From the NCBI GenBank assembly GCA_043797665.1, contig JAZDPL010000065.1:1-64000 (forward strand): 64,000 nt of DNA. Direction: 5' to 3'. Source of the stretch: Candidatus Omnitrophota bacterium (GTDB taxonomy: Bacteria; Ratteibacteria; UBA8468; MWAK01). A program made the position numbers and the translations under genes. Numbering within the stretch: position 1 is the stretch's first letter; every line of letters begins with the position of its first letter. Shown piece by piece: positions 25,394 through 35,229 of the stretch. The notes under the pieces are model-generated. The model was not told where the DNA came from. It did no database searches and saw nothing but the letters and a program-made list of their open reading frames with translations.

Positions 25394-27868
25394 TCAGGGG
25401 AGCGCGACGTTTTTAGAGATGGATTGGTGGTACACCTGGAGGCTGGTTACGGAGAAGGTGATGTTAAAGTCAAGATGGGACCAGTCGCTGTCAATCTCGT
25501 TGTTATAGACGATCTGGTAGGCGCGCTTATCCGGACCGGGAACCGGTGAGAGTTCTGCCTGGACGAAAGAATAGAATTCAAACTTCTTCTGCCGTCTGGT
25601 CGCCAGGCAAAGGCGAACCGGGTCATCACCGGATTTAGATTTGATGATTTTATGCAGCGGTATCCAGGGTGTGGGAATTCCCGGCCGGATATAATCTTTT
25701 TTCTCGGGCCACTTTCTTGCCAGTCCTTTTGCGCTGACGTAGCCCAGGGACCGGTGCGAACCGTTCTTATTGACTTCCCGGAGTTCAACCGCATTATCAA
25801 ACAGGTCCCACCAGAGCGAATCTTCATAACTGTTCGGGTAATTCGGGATTACGACCCTCAGATACCATCTTTTCCAGGACGGTGGTTCAAATCTTTGTTT
25901 CCGTATCGATTCAATCTTCTTCCGGTACCTTGCCTCGTCTGTCGGGAAAGCGACATAGGGTGAGGCGAATTGGGCCAGTCTCGCCTTCCAGCTGTTGCCG
26001 CTGTTTGCAAACAACCACCCGGTTACCCCGAAACCATCCAGCGTTCTTGAGAAACAGTATTCAAAATCAGCCGCAGAATAACGGTTCCTCTCGTAATTGC
26101 TATCAAGGGCAAAGAGGTTCCTTCCCGGTTTCAGACCTATTTTTTTCCAATTAATCCGGACCGAAACACCTCTGATTTTCGCTGAAAAGTTGGAAACGAT
26201 GAGAAGACCGTCGCCCTTATCGTCAACCAAAAGGCAGGCGCCGGTTTTGTCGGAGTCTACGGTAAAAATGATTGAGCTGTTATACGTCGAATAGACATGG
26301 ATGTTCTTCTTTCCCTCAAAGAGTCCCCAGAGCCGCCACAGAGGCCGTTGAAAGGTGATTACCGACGGAACGTCAGGGTGGTCAAGGGAACTGGCCGGCA
26401 TCTGGGTTCCCAGGTTAATGAACGGACTCTGAGCCGCAGTTGCCAAATACGGGATTGCCGCCTTTGTCCGGTAGGTAGGAAAAGCGGCTGTCCACAGGGT
26501 AGATGGAGAGACTGAGATACCGCTGAAATAGGCGTGCAGGGTTCTGCTTTTAATGAGTTGCCCCTTTTCCTGTTCTCCGGATACGTAACCGTTGGCGGTC
26601 GTGTGTCCAACCGCAGAGAAGAAAGAACCGGAGTGACTGAGGAATATCCCGTCTTCACCCACAGATTCCCTGATCTTTCGTGTCAGGTGATAATACAACC
26701 GGAAAGCGATCTTGCCGCCTGGCGAAGATTCGTCGCAGGAGGTAAAGCAGACCGGTGAGCCGAAATCCATATAAATACCGTCCCAGTCTTTCTTCAAGTA
26801 CGGCGTCAGGGAGCCGGCACAGTCCTCCTTTATCTCGTCTTCGTTTCCCCGCACATAAAGAGCGGTCCTCATTCCGTATTTGTGAATGTTTCTGATGGTC
26901 CTTTTCAAAAGAGAGCGGTCGTCAGCAAATTCGCCGTTTTTAATATCAAAACGCCAGTTTTCATGGAGAATGAACAGGTTTGCACCCTGGCTGGCAGCCT
27001 GTTTAACTATCTTTTCGGTTGGGTAGCGAGCGAAATTGTCAAAATAGTGATAAATTCGGAATGGAGGATGCTTCCGTTCTTCAGGGAAACGTCGCAACGC
27101 CCATCCCCAGGTGTTTGACCACTGGTAAGCGCGTTCCGGCGTCAGATTCGGCTTTTTTTGAAAATTCCAGGTTACGGTGGCTTTTTTCTTGCTCCAAGAG
27201 ATGTCGGTCTCAGTATTGTGGTAATCTCCGGAGAGGGAGTTGTATGACTCTACGAAGTATTCCAAGTGCCGGTCGCGTCGTTCGCCGACACCGAAATCAA
27301 AACTGACGAATGGAAGAATTGTCTTGGGGAAAACCCTTCTTTCTCCCTCCTTCAGGTTCCGTTCAAAACCGCCCATGGCCTGAATAAGTTCGGCGGTGTT
27401 TGTCTTGGGGAATGTCCAGTATGCCCAGTTCGCCTCCTCTTCATCTTTCAGCGACAGATGCCCCTGAAAAATGAAGTTCCATACCGGGCCCGGCACCAGC
27501 GTTTTGGTGAAGAAGAAGGTTTTGACGAAGACAACTCCATCTTCATATGTTTCGTAGTGGAGCGCAAGCCGATAATCCTTCACCAGATTCCCCTCTTCAT
27601 CCTGCCAACCAATATCGTCAAAGATGAGCCTGACGGAATTTTTCCCGGTAATGATTTCCGGTTGGAACCTGTCTTTTAGGCAAGGGCGGATGGCACGGCC
27701 GTTGACCCGGGCGGTTATTAAAGGCAGTCCGGATTTCATCAGGGGTGTGCTGTCCCCGCTGAAAGCGATTTCCGAGGGAAAACCGGCGGTTTCTTTGCTG
27801 ATACGATAGGAAAAAAGGTTGTTGGATATTACCAACTCATCTCGTTTTTGCTTCCGGGTGATTTTCAT
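25394..27868 (-). CDS. Large hypothetical protein, possibly a glycoside hydrolase (TIM-barrel core)
   Basis: 824-aa ORF with LFILHENW and DGIYMDFG segments, in a sugar locus. Confidence 0.65.
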   Translation of the reverse strand: MKITRKQKRDELVISNNLFSYRISKETAGFPSEIAFSGDSTPLMKSGLPLITARVNGRAIRPCLKDRFQPEIITGKNSVRLIFDDIGWQDEEGNLVKDYRLALHYETYEDGVVFVKTFFFTKTLVPGPVWNFIFQGHLSLKDEEEANWAYWTFPKTNTAELIQAMGGFERNLKEGERRVFPKTILPFVSFDFGVGERRDRHLEYFVESYNSLSGDYHNTETDISWSKKKATVTWNFQKKPNLTPERAYQWSNTWGWALRRFPEERKHPPFRIYHYFDNFARYPTEKIVKQAASQGANLFILHENWRFDIKNGEFADDRSLLKRTIRNIHKYGMRTALYVRGNEDEIKEDCAGSLTPYLKKDWDGIYMDFGSPVCFTSCDESSPGGKIAFRLYYHLTRKIRESVGEDGIFLSHSGSFFSAVGHTTANGYVSGEQEKGQLIKSRTLHAYFSGISVSPSTLWTAAFPTYRTKAAIPYLATAAQSPFINLGTQMPASSLDHPDVPSVITFQRPLWRLWGLFEGKKNIHVYSTYNSSIIFTVDSDKTGACLLVDDKGDGLLIVSNFSAKIRGVSVRINWKKIGLKPGRNLFALDSNYERNRYSAADFEYCFSRTLDGFGVTGWLFANSGNSWKARLAQFASPYVAFPTDEARYRKKIESIRKQRFEPPSWKRWYLRVVIPNYPNSYEDSLWWDLFDNAVELREVNKNGSHRSLGYVSAKGLARKWPEKKDYIRPGIPTPWIPLHKIIKSKSGDDPVRLCLATRRQKKFEFYSFVQAELSPVPGPDKRAYQIVYNNEIDSDWSHLDFNITFSVTSLQVYHQSISKNVALP

Positions 27869-27886
27869 AATATTCCGCTACTTTTC

Positions 27887-28822
27887 TTACCGCAGTATCC
27901 CTTTATTATACATCCACTTCACCGACCGCTCCATGGTTTCTTCCGGTGTATAGTGGGGTTTATATCCTACACGTGATGATATTTTTGATATATCCGGACA
28001 CATATGCTCGGTAAAGTGGAAGTTTGCGCCGAGGTCCGGTGATATCTCTTTAATATACTTTTCCGTACTCACGTACTCTATGGGAATCCTTGTTCCATAA
28101 ATATCCGCATAGGTCCGGATGAATTTTTCGGCAGTCAGGGCGTAGGCAGATCCGACATTAAATATTTCTCCAGCCGCCGCATCCCGATTCTTGACCGCGC
28201 AGTAGAATCCCCGTGCCACATCTTCCGCATCGCAGGGTCCGATAAGATTCGTGCCGGGAAAAGGCAGAACCACCGGCGCACCTTTCTGATGTGCCCGGTG
28301 AACATCTATTGAGCGTCCACCCATTCCCTCAAGTGGAACCTTCTCCGGGCCACAGATATTCGGAGGCATAATGGCACTAACAGAAATCTTCTCTTTCTTT
28401 GACTGTTCTATGGTTTTAAGCATCTCCGCATATCGCTGGCGGTAGCCTTCAAAGGGGCATTCAGTTTGGGTTACTTCCGGGGTTGGAACGGATTTGGGCC
28501 GGCCAAACATCCATATGGAACCACACATAACGAGTTGACTGACTCCAGCCCCAAGACAGTGAGCATAGACACTTTGAATATCTCCTTGTAAAATGTCTAC
28601 CACAACGTTAATCTTTTTTTCACGCAAAAGGGAGGCGAATGTACCGTCAGATAACATGTCCGGGTACTTCATTTTTACCAGGCGGACTTTTTTTTCAATA
28701 CTCTCGTCACCGATGGGTGTGCGTCCGGAAGAGATTATCCCGACTTCATAACCATCATCAAGAAGTATCCTGGTAAGAAAAGTCCCGATGTGTCCTGTCC
28801 CGCCGATGATCATTACCTTCAT
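27887..28822 (-). CDS. NAD-dependent epimerase/dehydratase
   Basis: GGTGHIG, NICGP, DVA and FNVGS motifs. Confidence 0.9.
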   Translation of the reverse strand: MKVMIIGGTGHIGTFLTRILLDDGYEVGIISSGRTPIGDESIEKKVRLVKMKYPDMLSDGTFASLLREKKINVVVDILQGDIQSVYAHCLGAGVSQLVMCGSIWMFGRPKSVPTPEVTQTECPFEGYRQRYAEMLKTIEQSKKEKISVSAIMPPNICGPEKVPLEGMGGRSIDVHRAHQKGAPVVLPFPGTNLIGPCDAEDVARGFYCAVKNRDAAAGEIFNVGSAYALTAEKFIRTYADIYGTRIPIEYVSTEKYIKEISPDLGANFHFTEHMCPDISKISSRVGYKPHYTPEETMERSVKWMYNKGILR

Positions 28823-28844
28823 AGTTAATTACCTCCAGAAACCA

Positions 28845-29747
28845 TCATGTGTTCCTTATTAGTTTTTCCCAATAGAGTCGTTCCTTTTTCAATTCGTCAA
28901 CAGAAGGACACCGCACCGACAGATGCAAGGATATCTGACCTTGTGACCGGTATTTTTTCAGGACCGTAAAAAGATTCCGGTAATCATCGGCGGTGTAATA
29001 TCCTTCCCGCAGACAGTTATGGTAAAGCGCCCTACGAAACGTCCTGGTCATCGGCCCCGGGTGGTTGGCAAGGTATACCACATCCAGTCCCTGTTTCAAA
29101 TAATTTTGTACCTCGCCGGCAAGCGAGAATCCATGCATATTCTTTCTGCCTGCCATCTCATTGGCGGTATCAAAAACCCAGCCGACCCTTTTGGCTCCGG
29201 TTCTTCTTGACTGGGCAAATAGTTCTTCCCTGGGGTAATCAGAGTAATAAAAGCCGTCCTTACTGTTGATTACCCGGCGATAAGGCACGATAATAAGGGA
29301 CAGGGCTACTTTCTTCTGCTCGGCATATTCGGAAATTTTAATCCAGGATTGACGCCACAGTTTTTCCTGTTGCTCGCGGGACTGGCTATACGGCACCGTA
29401 GTACCGGTATCAAGGATTAATTTAGGGATATTCAGAAAGGCACATATGTCCAGGGTTTTTGTTATGTACTGTATCGCTTTTTTACGATGCGCCTCATTTT
29501 CGGAGAGAAAATTACCGCGACTGAACTGGAACATATCACAGGCGGTATTTATGTCTAGAATTTTAACTCCATCCTTTTGGGCACAATCTTTCAGGTCCAG
29601 GAGTTCTTTTTTGGAAAGAGACCCTAATTGGCTTCCGGTAAACTCACAGGCACTAAAACCGGCTTTCTTCACAAGTTGTATTATCTCCAGGGGTGTTTGG
29701 TTCCGGAAATACCAGCCATTGATACTTATTGCTTTCCAGTTATACAT
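28845..29747 (-). CDS. Divergent sugar phosphate isomerase/epimerase TIM barrel protein
   Basis: GFSACEF, RKKAIQY and FDTAN segments. Confidence 0.65.
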   Translation of the reverse strand: MYNWKAISINGWYFRNQTPLEIIQLVKKAGFSACEFTGSQLGSLSKKELLDLKDCAQKDGVKILDINTACDMFQFSRGNFLSENEAHRKKAIQYITKTLDICAFLNIPKLILDTGTTVPYSQSREQQEKLWRQSWIKISEYAEQKKVALSLIIVPYRRVINSKDGFYYSDYPREELFAQSRRTGAKRVGWVFDTANEMAGRKNMHGFSLAGEVQNYLKQGLDVVYLANHPGPMTRTFRRALYHNCLREGYYTADDYRNLFTVLKKYRSQGQISLHLSVRCPSVDELKKERLYWEKLIRNT

Positions 29748-29750
29748 CTT

Positions 29751-31952
29751 TTATTCCATAAACCGGACTATTGGTTTATCCAGATGAAGTTCCAGTATTA
29801 AAACCGTTTTTCCGCAGAAGTCTTTAGGTTTAAGATGAAAGTTTATTCCGCCATCTTTTCTGATCGGCACGGGAGAATCGTTCTCTAACACATCCAGAGC
29901 CTTAACTATTCTGCCGTTTTTTACCCGCAGGCGACCGTATGCTGAGACCAGGTTTGTATTAATTAAGGTAACTACCAGTTTATCCGGTTCCTCTCTGAGA
30001 CAGGTGGTGAATTGAATGTCCAATTTTCGGAGAGAAGTTTCAGGGTCTAAACCATATTCCTTGACGATGTTATCGTCATTCCAGCCCGGCACGTCAGATG
30101 ATGTAACCTCTATCAGATTAAAAGTATCAATATACTCAAATAGAATCTTTTTTACCCCCTCCAGAAACTGGTAGGGTGTACCAAGAGGTTTTTCCCAGTA
30201 AAGGTACTGGAAGTCTACGTCCGCGTCCCAATCTCCGTAGACATTATTAGGATAAGAGAGCGGCAGGTCATTTTCCAATTCTTTTCTGTTTCCCATACCA
30301 AAGGGAGGGATGAGCGTAATAATTTCCCCCTTTCCGACCTGGCAAGAGGTTATCAACGGTCTGCCGGTATCACTCTCTAACCAGCCCTCACCGCTTTTCA
30401 CTTTAACTTCCGGGTAAGAATAGGGTCCTTCTTTAAATATCTCTTTACTTCTTGAGTCAACACTCTTTTGTCCGGTACGGGTTTTGCCGGTTTCTTTTAG
30501 ATGTACCAGCCTTTTGGCTTCCTCAGACAATTGAGGGTAATTCCATACCACTTTTCCGCCATTCTGTACGTAGCGTAAAAGTTTATCCAGGAGTTCATTT
30601 TCTATTTTGGTTTCACCCAGAACGCAGACCAGACGGTAGCGTGAAAAAATCTGCTCTCTAATGTTGGAAAGGAGTACGTCAAAGATATCACCGTATGGCG
30701 TTGCGGTTAAACTGCCTTTGTCCTGGCGGAAAAATGGGCAATCCAGATAACCGGGAAAGACCTCTCGGAAGAAAAGGTCTATCTGGTGGTCTCCCGGTTG
30801 GTAGGGAACGGTTCCCCAGGTATTGAAGAGACTATCAGAGTAATTGTTTCGTGGTGGGGCCCACCCGGAATGGAAATCCAAAAGAAGCGCCACCGGACAG
30901 TATTGTACCCCACGCCTTTTGCTGAAACGGGTTGAGAACCCGGTCACTTTCAACTGGAGTTCTCCCAGAGGGCTCAGATATTCTTCTTTTGCTCCCGGTG
31001 GTTGTATGAATTGAGATGCTTCCAGAGCCTGAATGTTTACGCCGTAACTGTAGAGGAGGTACCAGGTCTGTTCAATCAGCGATAGGGTAGGTCCGTGGTC
31101 CGGACCGCTTTCGTGGCTGGCGTGGGATGAGCCGTGGTAGTTGGCGGTAAACCTCTTCCAACCGAATTTGTTCCAGACGCTCATTCCCGCAAACCACAAA
31201 GACTGGTACTGTCTGGCGGCTCCCCGGATAAATGAAGCCCACATATTGGTGCTGGGAAGCGCCTGAAGAAACTCTGCACCAATCATCCGGCCGCCCATTT
31301 CCAGATAGTAATGGGGGTAGGTCAAACTGCAGAGCGGAGTGGAGTAGTGGTGTTCGCCGGCAGGGATTTCGTTATGCCATTCCTGGAAATTTTTCCAACC
31401 ATCTTCCCGGTTTACCAGGGCAGGATATATCTGGTTCGTTTCCGAAAACCACCGGCCGTCCTGCTCACCGATGTCCCAACCCAGGAACTTTGGGCCCAGG
31501 ACCCGCTGGATATGGTTATGCATCTCCCTGGTGGGAGCCCATCCGCCCGGCAAAAATCCCCAGGTGTCAAACAGAAAGAGGCCCTGCCTCTTTATCTCTT
31601 TGAGTGCTTCTTTCCAATCGGACGCTTTGAGAAAACTGTAATTTAGCCACAAACACTTTCCGAAGTTATGACGGAGTTTATCTTCCGACGATTCGCCTGG
31701 CTTCAGAGATTGGTCATTCCACCGGGTTATTGCTCTGCGGAATTTGGTCAAATCTATGCTGCCTTCCTCCACAATTACCTGGTTGGAGATTTTTCTGATG
31801 CTACCTTTGACCGGAATATCCCTTAGTCCGGCGGTCAGATAATCCGCGCCAAGGTCCTCTCTGGTTACCGGTTTCGGATTTCGTTTCGCAAAGTCCGGAT
31901 TCTGAACCGGGTCTATCGGCTTATTCCACACCACCGGCTTTTTATCTGTCAT
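29751..31952 (-). CDS. Large hypothetical protein (possible carbohydrate-active enzyme)
   Basis: 733-aa aromatic-rich ORF with GEQDGRW, RGAARQY and PVALLLD segments; operon context. Confidence 0.65.
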   Translation of the reverse strand: MTDKKPVVWNKPIDPVQNPDFAKRNPKPVTREDLGADYLTAGLRDIPVKGSIRKISNQVIVEEGSIDLTKFRRAITRWNDQSLKPGESSEDKLRHNFGKCLWLNYSFLKASDWKEALKEIKRQGLFLFDTWGFLPGGWAPTREMHNHIQRVLGPKFLGWDIGEQDGRWFSETNQIYPALVNREDGWKNFQEWHNEIPAGEHHYSTPLCSLTYPHYYLEMGGRMIGAEFLQALPSTNMWASFIRGAARQYQSLWFAGMSVWNKFGWKRFTANYHGSSHASHESGPDHGPTLSLIEQTWYLLYSYGVNIQALEASQFIQPPGAKEEYLSPLGELQLKVTGFSTRFSKRRGVQYCPVALLLDFHSGWAPPRNNYSDSLFNTWGTVPYQPGDHQIDLFFREVFPGYLDCPFFRQDKGSLTATPYGDIFDVLLSNIREQIFSRYRLVCVLGETKIENELLDKLLRYVQNGGKVVWNYPQLSEEAKRLVHLKETGKTRTGQKSVDSRSKEIFKEGPYSYPEVKVKSGEGWLESDTGRPLITSCQVGKGEIITLIPPFGMGNRKELENDLPLSYPNNVYGDWDADVDFQYLYWEKPLGTPYQFLEGVKKILFEYIDTFNLIEVTSSDVPGWNDDNIVKEYGLDPETSLRKLDIQFTTCLREEPDKLVVTLINTNLVSAYGRLRVKNGRIVKALDVLENDSPVPIRKDGGINFHLKPKDFCGKTVLILELHLDKPIVRFME

Positions 31953-32000
31953 TCTGAGGCATTGTTTACTGCACGTAGGAGTAGGCTCCTATTTCAACCG

Positions 32001-33020
32001 TCAAAGATACCTCCGGAGCACCGGCCAGGCTAAGTCCTGATAGAAACGATGCCCTTTTTCACCCACCAGAAGGTGAAGATTTCTTTCTGCCTTAAAATCC
32101 TGGTATATCTTCTTAGTTTGTCGAAACGCTCTCTTTACTCCCCGAAGGGGAAATATCTCATCCTTTTTACCGGCAACGATGATTAATACCCGTGGGGCCA
32201 TCAAACCGCCTAAATCACCCATATCCGCCAGATTCATTATCCCGGGAATATAGTTGTCGGCACAATGGTAAATCCTCATAATGCTGTCCGTGTAATTGCA
32301 ATAATAACAGGATGGAACGGCAACCTTTATTCGTCGGTCTAAGCAGGCGGTAAAAAAGGTAATGGTTCCGCCTCCGGAATTTCCTAAACAGGCGATACGC
32401 CTTTGGTCCACCTCTGCTCTTTGCTCTAAATAATCTATGGCTCTCATTACGTCCCAGACCCGTTCGCCAATCAAGGTCTTCCCTAAAATAAGCGAGTGCA
32501 TTGCGGTATCCTGACAGAGGTGGGGCGCTTTTGCCTTTTGTTTGGTTTCCCTTCTTTCACCGAAACAACGCTGTTCCATCGCAAACGCAAGATATCCTCT
32601 TTTCACCGCCTGGAGCGCAAAATCTCTATCACCGGCAATTTCTTCCCTATCTTCTTTATTATTCGCTTTCCCCAGAGAAATATGCATTCCTGAGGTATGT
32701 CCCTGGAGGCAAATTACAACCGGCGCCGGCAAAGAAATATTCTTAGGAACAAGGAAATAGCCGGGGAGATCAGCAAAGGGTTCACTGGTAAAGACTATTT
32801 TCTCCGCCACATAATCTTTAAATTCTTTTTGTTCCAGAACTTCCGGGTTCAAAGGAACTTTCTTTTCGGGAAAATCACCCAGCAGATTTCTCAAACCCAA
32901 CCGAAGTTGCCTCTGCCAACGGACAGGGTCTGTACCTTTTTTATAAGCCATGGTGGGTTTTACGGAGGCAAGGTAATTTAAATGATAATCGCTGGGAACG
33001 AAATATCTACGGTTGTGCAT
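32001..33020 (-). CDS. Alpha/beta hydrolase (acetylxylan esterase-like)
   Basis: LGNSGGG nucleophile elbow, D(EIF) and GHRFY motifs. Confidence 0.88.
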   Translation of the reverse strand: MHNRRYFVPSDYHLNYLASVKPTMAYKKGTDPVRWQRQLRLGLRNLLGDFPEKKVPLNPEVLEQKEFKDYVAEKIVFTSEPFADLPGYFLVPKNISLPAPVVICLQGHTSGMHISLGKANNKEDREEIAGDRDFALQAVKRGYLAFAMEQRCFGERRETKQKAKAPHLCQDTAMHSLILGKTLIGERVWDVMRAIDYLEQRAEVDQRRIACLGNSGGGTITFFTACLDRRIKVAVPSCYYCNYTDSIMRIYHCADNYIPGIMNLADMGDLGGLMAPRVLIIVAGKKDEIFPLRGVKRAFRQTKKIYQDFKAERNLHLLVGEKGHRFYQDLAWPVLRRYL

Positions 33021-35217
33021 TTTTCACACCTGTTACAAGCAATAATACCTCGAGTGGAGGCATCTTCACCTGGAACTTATTATTTTTAACCGTCCATCGT
33101 TGATGTGTAAATTCGTCCTCAAAAGAGGTAACCTTTGATAGCCCAATTACCTTCAATTCTGTTGATACTTCTTCTGACAAAGGGTTTACTACCAACAGAT
33201 AGTGCTTCCCTTTAAGTACAAAATCATGCCTGGCTGTAATAATCTGATCCGATGGGTCCGAAAGACTTGCCTTTCCCCAGGGGGCTGTCCAGACATTAGA
33301 GAGGCCATTCAGCTCCTTTACTAATTTCTTTAGTGACTCCCAGGATTCCGGAAAATCTTTCATGAGATGGAAACCAGACTCTCCGTAGCTGTCGTCAAAT
33401 GCATAATACTGAAGTCCTCTGGCCCCACGTGCCAGAGCCATGTAACTCATACTCCGAATCTGGTCATAGGTTGGTAGCGGCGATAGAAAATCACCATTTT
33501 TTTTGCGATAAGTAGTAGTTTCAAGAGTCATCCAAACCGGTTTCTTTCCTCCTACGGAATCATAGGTAATATCTGTATAATCGGCTACTATTCGTAAAGG
33601 TAAGGGATGTCCTTGTCCTCCTGAAAATCCTATTAAAATAGGATATGGGTCCATACCCACGATATCAGATGCCGGTGAATAAGCGTTCATTTCCGGAGGG
33701 ACATTATGATTGTAGCTTACCGGTGTTTCAGGATCAACTGCCCGAATTTCGTGATAAGAATGGTTTAACTTCAAAGCACCAGACAGTCCCCCTCCTACTT
33801 CATCTCCTATGCAATACGACAAATACGCCCTTTTCTTTCCGTACTTCTCCGCAAACTCACTTATCCGTGCTAAATGGGGAACAAGAAAGCAACCCAGTCC
33901 TAATTTTTCCGCAAGGTCCAAAGCGCCCAATGAATCTTCATAATCACCCCACTTTTTCCAATCGCGAATCGTTATAGAACTGAGATTTACATCATCCTTA
34001 ACTTGGGGATGAACGACATTAAACCCGGCTTCTTTAACAATCTGAAAGAATCTGGGCCGCACATGATAGAGTACCACCGGGAAAAATGGCTTACCCCAGA
34101 AATAAGTAACTCCATCATCAGTAATGTGCACTTTCTTCTCTTTTCTCTCGATCTTCTTGAAAGGGGTCAGATTTAACAATATTTCTTCTCCCTTTTGCGT
34201 CACGCCAACCACCTTTACCCGATACGGACCGAAGGGAAGGGAAGAGTAGTCCATAATCCGGCCCTTCTCAAATTCACTCTTAGGAATAGTCATCTCCAAG
34301 AGGGGTTTCTCATCCCCTTGGCTTACAACAGAAACTTTAAAACTATTGTATAATGCCGCTGGCCCTTGCCCTGGTAATACAAATAACCGGTACCCACTCC
34401 ATAAAAAATGGCTATACGGCCGTTCAATCGTATATATCGGCTGGCCAAAGGTAGTAAATTTTGCCGACGCCATTACCGAATCTATCTTACCCACAAATCT
34501 ACTCCAGCCATCGTGACTTCTGATAAAAGCATGTCCTTTTACCTCTGGGTCACAACCAAATGCGCAAGCATTAGCTGGTAATTCCGCTGAGCCGGCGATA
34601 ACTCCGTTTACAAATAATATGGCTTTTTTAGCCGGAATACTTGCACTCAGGGTGATATGTACCCATTCGTTCAACTTTATGGGCCCGCCAGAATACCTCT
34701 CTTTAAAAACCCAGATACCAACCGGATCACCTTTGTCATCCTCCATCGAAAGTATCCCTAAAATATTGAGGCTCTCAGGCCACGCTTCCCAAAGAATAAG
34801 TCTGGCACCTTCCACCCGGATTACCAGTCCACTGGAAAAAGGAGACCTCCCATCTCCATAGACTGGCTTCTTGGTGGGGTATATCCAGGCCTGAAGCGTA
34901 ATTTCGGTCATGTTCTTCCGGTCATTGAGCGCTGTATTACTACTTACGAACCCTTCTTCTTCTCCCCACTCCAAAGATTTCCCAAACTTTCCGTCAACCC
35001 ACCTGGCACCTTTTATCTCTCCCTGATTCTCACCAGTAGGGGAAGAGTCCTTGGCTACGGTACCTTCTCCTTCATTAAACTGATAGAGAAGAAATGTATC
35101 TTCATCAGCCACAAAAGGCTTGGTCAAATCTTCAGCAACACCCATTGCCGGCATTACGAAAAAGGTTACCATTGACACGAAAACTATCCAACATCTTAAT
35201 GTTTTAAACCTTTCCAT
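33007..35217 (-). CDS. Secreted LamG-like jellyroll plus glycoside-hydrolase-like protein
   Basis: Signal-peptide-like N-terminus; YQFNEGEGTVAKDS and GKFG (LamG); GDE, DPYP and ARGARGLQYY segments. Confidence 0.75.
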   Translation of the reverse strand: MERFKTLRCWIVFVSMVTFFVMPAMGVAEDLTKPFVADEDTFLLYQFNEGEGTVAKDSSPTGENQGEIKGARWVDGKFGKSLEWGEEEGFVSSNTALNDRKNMTEITLQAWIYPTKKPVYGDGRSPFSSGLVIRVEGARLILWEAWPESLNILGILSMEDDKGDPVGIWVFKERYSGGPIKLNEWVHITLSASIPAKKAILFVNGVIAGSAELPANACAFGCDPEVKGHAFIRSHDGWSRFVGKIDSVMASAKFTTFGQPIYTIERPYSHFLWSGYRLFVLPGQGPAALYNSFKVSVVSQGDEKPLLEMTIPKSEFEKGRIMDYSSLPFGPYRVKVVGVTQKGEEILLNLTPFKKIERKEKKVHITDDGVTYFWGKPFFPVVLYHVRPRFFQIVKEAGFNVVHPQVKDDVNLSSITIRDWKKWGDYEDSLGALDLAEKLGLGCFLVPHLARISEFAEKYGKKRAYLSYCIGDEVGGGLSGALKLNHSYHEIRAVDPETPVSYNHNVPPEMNAYSPASDIVGMDPYPILIGFSGGQGHPLPLRIVADYTDITYDSVGGKKPVWMTLETTTYRKKNGDFLSPLPTYDQIRSMSYMALARGARGLQYYAFDDSYGESGFHLMKDFPESWESLKKLVKELNGLSNVWTAPWGKASLSDPSDQIITARHDFVLKGKHYLLVVNPLSEEVSTELKVIGLSKVTSFEDEFTHQRWTVKNNKFQVKMPPLEVLLLVTGVKNAQP

Positions 35218-35229
35218 AATTTTCTCCTC